From assembly GCA_963846575.1 (NCBI GenBank), contig CAWJWJ010000002.1, positions 352,001 through 416,000 of the forward strand: a DNA stretch of 64,000 bases. The letters run 5' to 3'. This stretch comes from an uncultured Nitrospiraceae bacterium (lineage in GTDB: Bacteria > Nitrospirota > Nitrospiria > Nitrospirales > Nitrospiraceae). Under the pieces are notes generated by a model. It was not told the DNA's origin, did no database searches, and worked only from the letters and a program-made list of their open reading frames with translations. The position numbers were made by a program, and so were the translations under genes. How positions within the stretch are numbered: the first letter of the stretch is position 1; each line of letters begins with the position of its first letter. This document shows, one piece after another, positions 57,798 through 64,000 of the stretch.

Positions 57798-59201
57798 TTA
57801 CGCTCGCGGTGTCCAGGGCCTGGGTAGTTGATTGATGCCGTCCAGTGCAGCGACTCGGTAGCATTCCGCCAGCGTGGGGTAATTGAAGACGGCATCCACG
57901 AAATAGTCGATCAGGCCATGGTAGGCCATGACAGTCTGTCCGATGTGAATGAGTTCCGTGGCTCCGTCGCCGATCGCATGGACGCCCAGGAGTTCGTGTG
58001 TCCTCTGGTGAAAGAGGAGTTTCAGCATGCCGATGTCATCACCGATGAGCTGCCCGCGGGCGATCTCCCGGTAGCGGGCGATGCCGACGGCGTAGGGCAC
58101 TCCATTCTTGGTGAGTTCGTCTTCGTTGCGGCCGACCATGGAAATCTCGGGAATCGAATAGATGCCATAGGGCATGAGCTCGGACTGTGTCTGGATGGAG
58201 ACTCCGAACGCGTGGCAGGCGGCGTGGCGTCCCTGCTGCATGGACGTCGACGCCAGGGCGGGAAAGCCGATGATGTCACCTACCGCATAGACGTGGGGAA
58301 CCGCCGTTTGATAGTGCTCATTGACTTGAAGGCGTCCGCGGGTATCCGCCAAAAGGCCGATCGCCTCAAGGTTGAGGGCGGCGCTGGCCCCGGTCCGGCC
58401 CACTGAATAGAGCACGGTGGTGGCGCCGACTTCTTTGCCGCTCTTGAGGCCGACGACGACCTGTTGCGTGGGATGCGCTTCAACCGACAGCACCTCCTCG
58501 TTGAGGCGCAAGGTGATTCCGATGCTGCGCATCTGGTACTGCAACGCCTCGATGATTTCAGTGTCGACAAACTCCAGCAGACGTGGTCGACGCTCGATCA
58601 AGGTGACATGAATGCCCATTGTGGCCAGGATCGAAGCGTACTCGGTCCCGATCACACCCCCGCCGATGATGGTAATGGATTTGGGGAGTTGTTTAATGGT
58701 GAGCAGACCGTCCGTATCGATGATGGTCTCATCGTCAAACGGAATATGCGCAGGTCTGGCTGGTATGGTCCCGCAGGCGATGACGATAAAGTCGGCCGTA
58801 TGTTCGACCTGGTCGCGCGGGCGCTCGATCTTGAGGCGATGGGGGTCCACGAATGCGGCGGTGCCGAAGAACATCTCAACCCTGTTCCGTGCCATCTGGT
58901 TGTGGATGATTTCGATTTCGCGCTTGATGACGTGATTGGAACGGAAGGTCAGGTCCTCCATGGTGATGTCTTGTTTGACGCGATAACTCGCGCCATAGAG
59001 GGCACGCTGATGGAACCCGGAGAGATAGAGAACCGCCTCCCGTAGGGATTTGCTGGGAATCGTACCGGTATTGGTACAGACGCCGCCGACCACCAGTTTG
59101 CGTTCGACGATGCCGACTTTCTTGCCGAGTTTGGCCGCCTGGATCGCGGCCTTCTGGCCCGCCGGGCCGGTGCCGATCACGAGCAGATCGTAATGCGCCA
59201 T
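57798..59201 (-). CDS. sthA: Soluble pyridine nucleotide transhydrogenase
   Basis: GTGPAGQKAAI, GGVCTNTGTIPSK (CxxxxT), GGGVIG, FNYPTLAE. Confidence 0.92.
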   Translation of the reverse strand: MAHYDLLVIGTGPAGQKAAIQAAKLGKKVGIVERKLVVGGVCTNTGTIPSKSLREAVLYLSGFHQRALYGASYRVKQDITMEDLTFRSNHVIKREIEIIHNQMARNRVEMFFGTAAFVDPHRLKIERPRDQVEHTADFIVIACGTIPARPAHIPFDDETIIDTDGLLTIKQLPKSITIIGGGVIGTEYASILATMGIHVTLIERRPRLLEFVDTEIIEALQYQMRSIGITLRLNEEVLSVEAHPTQQVVVGLKSGKEVGATTVLYSVGRTGASAALNLEAIGLLADTRGRLQVNEHYQTAVPHVYAVGDIIGFPALASTSMQQGRHAACHAFGVSIQTQSELMPYGIYSIPEISMVGRNEDELTKNGVPYAVGIARYREIARGQLIGDDIGMLKLLFHQRTHELLGVHAIGDGATELIHIGQTVMAYHGLIDYFVDAVFNYPTLAECYRVAALDGINQLPRPWTPRA

Positions 59202-59369
59202 GTCCCTCCTACTGCCAGAAGATGAGAAGGACGGAGGACTTCGTTCTCATGTCATACCGGGTCCCATCTTCGCATCCGAACCAAACGCTGCATGTTTTAG
59301 CGCCCAGGGTTCAGTTGGTTGCCGAGCCTGAGCATCACACCGGTCCGACGTCCATGGTCGATGCCCGCA

Positions 59370-60053
59370 TCAGCTGTCGGTCACCAGCGAGTGCGCGAAA
59401 CGGAATACCTCATCCATGTCCGGCAGTTGGGCCAGTTCGGGGGTGATCTGAAGGTACCGAACGGTGTTGTGCTTGTCTACCACCATCACGGCGCGGCTCA
59501 GCAGATGGGGGTCCTTCAGCAAGAGACCGTGCGCCTTGCCGAAATCGGCGGCGCGAAAATCAGATAAGAACGTGACGTTGGCGATCTTGGCCTCTTCCGC
59601 GAAACGCCTCTGGGCAAAGGGCGTATCGATGCTGATAGTGATTAATTCCACCATTCGATCCAATCCCTTGTTCTTTTCACTCAGATAGTGCGTTTGCTGT
59701 TCGCAGACTTTGGTGTCGAGGGAGGGAACGATACTAATGATACGAACTTTTCCCTTGCCGGTGGTCTCATTGATGTTGACCATCGAAAGATCGGGTCGCA
59801 CCAGCTTCACGTCTCGCAGCGTGTCACCGACCTTGATCGCCATGCCCGACAATGCCATGGGTTTGCCTTGGAAGAGGATGTTGCTGCCTTCGCCGGCCAT
59901 GGCGCTGCCATTGGCCACGGTCAGATTCTTATAAGCGAAGTCTGGATTGCCTGCGCCCGGCAGTGTCCCGCAGCTGGAGAGACCCAGGCTGAGTGCGGTG
60001 AAGAGCGATGGCAGGAAGTACGTAGCTAGGGAGCGTAAAGGTGTTGGTCGCAT
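59370..60053 (-). CDS. tpx: Thiol peroxidase (Tpx) with lipoprotein signal
   Basis: Lipobox LSSC; VPSLDTKVC, IS.D.PFAQ.RF, LSDFR..FG. Confidence 0.85.
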   Translation of the reverse strand: MRPTPLRSLATYFLPSLFTALSLGLSSCGTLPGAGNPDFAYKNLTVANGSAMAGEGSNILFQGKPMALSGMAIKVGDTLRDVKLVRPDLSMVNINETTGKGKVRIISIVPSLDTKVCEQQTHYLSEKNKGLDRMVELITISIDTPFAQRRFAEEAKIANVTFLSDFRAADFGKAHGLLLKDPHLLSRAVMVVDKHNTVRYLQITPELAQLPDMDEVFRFAHSLVTDS

Positions 60054-60122
60054 AGGAAGTCTCCATCGATGAACGAATGATGCCGATACATTCAGTCACT
60101 TTATGGAGCGTTCGGCGCCCTG

Positions 60123-61082
60123 TCAAGGTTGCAGAAATGCGCGGAGATGCCGGTTGACGGTCTCGGGTTGTTCCCATTGAGGGATGTGGCCGGAATCGGG
60201 AATCACGATCAGCCTGGATCGGGGAATGGCGGCTTGGAGGTCACGGCCGACTTGAGGGGGGAAGAGCCGGTCGTGCTCCCCCCACATAATCAGAGTGGGA
60301 TGTGGTATCTCATGGAGTCTGGTCGCAAAGTGCTGTTCCCATAAGGGCAGGTTGTCTCGAATGGAGAGCAGCGGCGCGATAAGGTTCGGCCGCTGCCGGT
60401 TACGGTTGGACCGATCAAGTACCGCCGGTGTCAGCAAGGTTTGGTTGAAGACAATCTCATTGAGGATCGCTTCCGTTCCACTACGTGGGAAGAGCCAATT
60501 GCCCAAGCGGGCAAGCCAGACTGGTACGTCTGTATTCACGGCGCGCTGCATCAGCGGGCTGGCCAGGCGTTCCCGCACATGGTCGGGTAATCCATCGATC
60601 AGGACGAGCCGATCGACTCGGTGAGGATGACTCAAGGCCATGCCGATTGCGAGCCCGGCCCCCATGGAGTTCCCCACCAGGGTGGCGGTGGAGAGGCCCA
60701 GGGTATCCATGAAGCCGCGCACTGATTCGATGAGAGCTTCCGGGCGATAGTCGAGATCCGGCTTGTCGGAGAGACCGGAGCCGATCAAGTCCGGCGTAAT
60801 GACGCGGAAGTGAGTAGCGAGCGATTGCTGATACTCCCATTGCCACATAGATCCGCCGAAGCCGTGGATCAGGATCAGCGGCGGGCCCTGGCCTTCATCG
60901 AGATAGGCCAGGCGGTGACCGTCGACAAAGGCGGTCTTGATGGGGAATCGCTGAATGCCGTCGAACCAGGGAGGAATGTCCGGCACGCTCGCACAGCTGC
61001 TCATAAGGATCGCCGTGGTACACAGGGTTGCGATCGTCGTTGATGCGAGCGTTGCAAGCGGAGCGAGCCACGCCGAGAGCAT
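60123..61082 (-). CDS. Alpha/beta hydrolase, possible lipoprotein
   Basis: IHGFGG, DLIGSGLSDKP, GNSMG, WGEHD, GH.PQ.E; LMSSC. Confidence 0.88.
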   Translation of the reverse strand: MLSAWLAPLATLASTTIATLCTTAILMSSCASVPDIPPWFDGIQRFPIKTAFVDGHRLAYLDEGQGPPLILIHGFGGSMWQWEYQQSLATHFRVITPDLIGSGLSDKPDLDYRPEALIESVRGFMDTLGLSTATLVGNSMGAGLAIGMALSHPHRVDRLVLIDGLPDHVRERLASPLMQRAVNTDVPVWLARLGNWLFPRSGTEAILNEIVFNQTLLTPAVLDRSNRNRQRPNLIAPLLSIRDNLPLWEQHFATRLHEIPHPTLIMWGEHDRLFPPQVGRDLQAAIPRSRLIVIPDSGHIPQWEQPETVNRHLRAFLQP

Positions 61083-61088
61083 GACCCG

Positions 61089-63075
61089 CTACTCCAGTTG
61101 CATGACGGTCTCGTCGATCTTGACGTTGTCTCCCTCGGCGACGAGGATAGCCGTCACCCGCCCATCCATGGGCGCAGGAACCTGGCTCTCCATCTTCATC
61201 GCTTCGATAATCAGCAGCGGTTCGCCGGTTTTCACCTGGGCACCTTCGCTCACCAGCACCTTCACGACGCGGCCCGGCATGGGGGGTGCGACGTCGCCCG
61301 GCTTGGTGGGCTTAGGACGTTTCGGTTTGGCCGCGCTCCCGGTGGCGGGCGCTTCGGGCACCCCTGCGAGTACTTCCTGCAACGGCTCCAACGAAACTTC
61401 CTGCAATCGGTCGTTGACGCGGATGTAGTACGGCTTGCGACCGTCGGTGGTGCGGCCTGAACCGGAGACGACGACGTGGTAGGTTTCGCCGTGCACGGTG
61501 ATGTTGAACTCGGCCGGGGCGAGATGGAGGTCGTGTGCCACGGCAGGACCTTTGGTTTCGGTCGGCTCGAGCGGTTCGGCGTTGGAGTTCCCCTCGCTCC
61601 CGCGCCTCAAAGAAATCTCTCGCGATCGCCGGGAACAGGGCGAACGACAGTTCGTCCTCCGGTGTGGTGGCCGTCTCCGGCATGTCCTTCCGCAGCTTGT
61701 CAAATTCGGGGTCCAGCCGGTCCGCGGGCCGGCCTTTGACCGGTTCCTCGTCGCCAATGGCGCGGGCCATGATTTCCTGATCGAGCGGTCCCGGTGCCCG
61801 ACCGTAGAGTCCCAGGAAATAGTTTTTAGTTTCGGTGGTGATGACCTTGTACCGCTCACCCTGCGCGCCGGTCAGCACGTTGAGCGTGGCCTGCGTGCCG
61901 ACGATCTGGCTGGTCGGCGTCACGAGCGGGGGATAACCCATCTCTTTGCGCACACGCGGGACTTCGTCGAGCACTTCCTTCATGCGATCGATCGCATTCT
62001 GCTCGGCCAGTTGCGCCGCAAGGTTCGATAACATGCCGCCGGGAATTTGCGAGGTCAGAATTTCCGCGTCCACGCCGGTGAAGTCGCTTTCAAATTGCCG
62101 ATACTTTCGGCGCACATTGCGAAAGTGTTCGGTAATGGGTTCGAACTGCCGCAGATCCAGCCCGGTATCGTACGGGGTATTGCGCAGGCCGGCGATCAAC
62201 GTTTCGGTCGGAGGATGCGACGTGCCTCCCGCAAGCGGCGAGACGGAGGTATCCAACATGTCCAATCCGCCGAGGATCGCCATGAGGGAGGACATCGAGG
62301 CCATCCCGGAGGTGTAATGGGTATGCAGATGGATCGGAACCTTGACGGCGGCTTTGAGCCGGCGTATCAAGTTGATAGGCGTCGAGTGGAGCGAGTAGGC
62401 CGGCCATGTCCTTGATGCAGAGGGTATCGGTACCCAGATCCTCCAGTTGTTTGGCCATGGAGACAAACCGGTCGATGTTGTGGACGGGACTCACGGTGTA
62501 GCAAATCGTTGCTTCGACATGTTTGCCGCAGGCCTTGACCTCGCGAATGGCCCGGTCGAGGTTGCGAACATCGTTCAGTGCATCAAAAATGCGGAAGACG
62601 TCAATGCCATTGGCTGCCGACCGTTCGATGAATTTGTCCAGGACGTCGTCGGCATAATGTCGATACCCCACGAGATTCTGACCGCGTAGCAGCATCTGCA
62701 GTTTGGTGTTCGGCATTGCCTCCCGTAGGGCGCGCAGGCGTTCCCAGGGATCTTCCTTGAGAAATCGCAGGCAGGTATCGAACGTCGCCCCGCCCCACAC
62801 TTCCAGCGACCAATACCCGACCGCGTCGAGCTTTTGGGCGATGGGAAGCATGTCCTCTGTCCGCATCCGTGTGGCCAAGAGCGACTGATGTCCGTCGCGG
62901 AAGGCCACGTCGGTCAGTAACAGTTTCTTGGCTGGAGCCGGTTCCAAGGCGAACTCCGGCTTCGTCGGCGTGCACGCTTGACGCTGCGTATAGGCGCGGG
63001 GCGAACAGATTTGGACGACAGTTTCTTTGAGGAACGTTGTTTGGGAGTGGCTTTCTTAGGTTTTTTCGTTGCCAT
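61089..63075 (-). CDS. pycB: Pyruvate carboxylase carboxyltransferase/biotin-carrier subunit (OadA/PycB type), three apparent frameshifts
   Basis: RDGHQSLLATR, WGGATFD, RGQNLVGYRHY, IKDMAG, HLHTH, QIPGGM, PPLVTPTSQ and EAMKM lie in different frames; 2-oxoglutarate carboxylase not fully excluded. Confidence 0.8.
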
Positions 63076-63143
63076 ACTGGCGGCCTTGGGCGGCAAATCC
63101 GCTTACGTGACAGGGTTAAGTGCTGTCCTGGTGGTTGGAGAGA

Positions 63144-64000
63144 TCAGAGTCCTTCGTAGGCGGCGATTGCTGCGGAAATCGCCAAGACCAGGTCCTCGGG
63201 TTCCTCGAGACTCTTCGTATTGATAGAGGTCTGGATGAGTATCCAGGTAGGACGTGTCAAATCGTCCGGCCTGAAAGTCCTGCTCCATCATAATGTTCAT
63301 CATGAACGGGATCGTTGTCTTCACTCCTCGCAGGACATACTCTTCGAGCGAGCGCCTCATGCGGCTGACGGCTTCTTCCCACGTGCGTCCGCGGACGGTG
63401 AGTTTCGCCAGCAGGGCATCGTAATAGGGGGGAATCGTATAGTCCCGATACACAGCGCCGTCAATCCGGACGCCGATGCCTCCAGGAGACAAGATAGGCC
63501 GTGATGGTTCCGGTGCAGGGCATGAAGTTATTCCGTGGATCCTCGGCATTGATGCGGCACTGGATCGCATGGCCTTGCAGCGTGACATCTTTCTGGCGGA
63601 TCTCCAGACGGTTTGCCCGGCCGCAATAGAGATCTGATTGCGGACGATGTCGATGGCGGTAATTTGTTCCGTGACGGTATGTTCGACCTGGAGTCGCGGA
63701 TTCATTTCCATGAAGTAGAAATGCCCCTCGTGGTCCAAGAGAAATTCGACCGTGCCGGCGTTGTCATAGTGCACCGCTTTGGCAATGGCAATGGCGGCGT
63801 CGCCCATCTGCGCGCGCAGTTTCGGCGTCAGGACCAGGGAGGGGGCGATTTCGATCAGCTTCTGGTGCCGGCGTTGGATGGAGCAATCCCGCTCACCCAG
63901 GTGGATGATGTTGCCGTGTTTGTCGCCCAGTATTTGAAATTCGATATGGTGCGGCCGCTCGATATACTTCTCGATGAAAATGCTGCCGTCACCGAAGGCC
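63144..64000 (-). CDS. pycA: Pyruvate carboxylase biotin-carboxylase subunit, 5' end outside the window, with apparent frameshifts
   Basis: [47 protein letters not shown]; corrected C-terminus [12 protein letters not shown]. Confidence 0.8.

Noticed and set aside
61089..63700. Programmed ribosomal frameshifting in pycAB
   Set aside because: Too many shifts, in both directions, without slippery heptamers
1..64000. tRNA, rRNA, IS, integrase or prophage genes
   Set aside because: None recognised on either strand by eye; a tRNAscan-SE/Infernal run would be needed to exclude small RNAs

Overview
A 64-kb, GC-rich, gene-dense bacterial chromosomal segment with about 55 protein-coding genes. The gene content (DUF3365 heme protein, DUF3015, DUF3047, two-subunit pyruvate carboxylase, sigma54 promoters, many small secreted proteins) suggests Nitrospira or a related Nitrospirota; this is an inference. 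I found no rRNA, tRNA, CRISPR array, transposase or prophage. Recognisable genes include a dipeptide epimerase, a DHH-CBS tRNA nucleotidyltransferase, pxpBAC, an Lhr helicase, an Aas-type MFS-acyltransferase-ligase fusion, a membrane-anchored MutS-like ATPase, prmA, thiD, tenA, sthA, tpx and pycAB. The best candidates for undescribed systems are: (1) a redox/glycosyltransferase cluster resembling arsenosugar (ArsS) neighbourhoods but carrying a di-iron ferritin-like enzyme and no ArsS (2.6-8.8 kb); (2) an orphan RnfD/NqrB-like membrane protein coupled to a CxxC-bearing DUF2330 protein; (3) a three-repeat His-motif membrane protein resembling heme-copper oxidase subunit I, coupled to thiD; (4) a two-component locus ending in a free-standing Cys4 microprotein; (5) a recurring leaderless-promoter architecture. 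Clustered 1-nt indels in pycAB and one in a Pro-rich surface-protein gene are most likely sequencing or assembly errors. All family assignments come from motifs recognised by eye, not from database searches.
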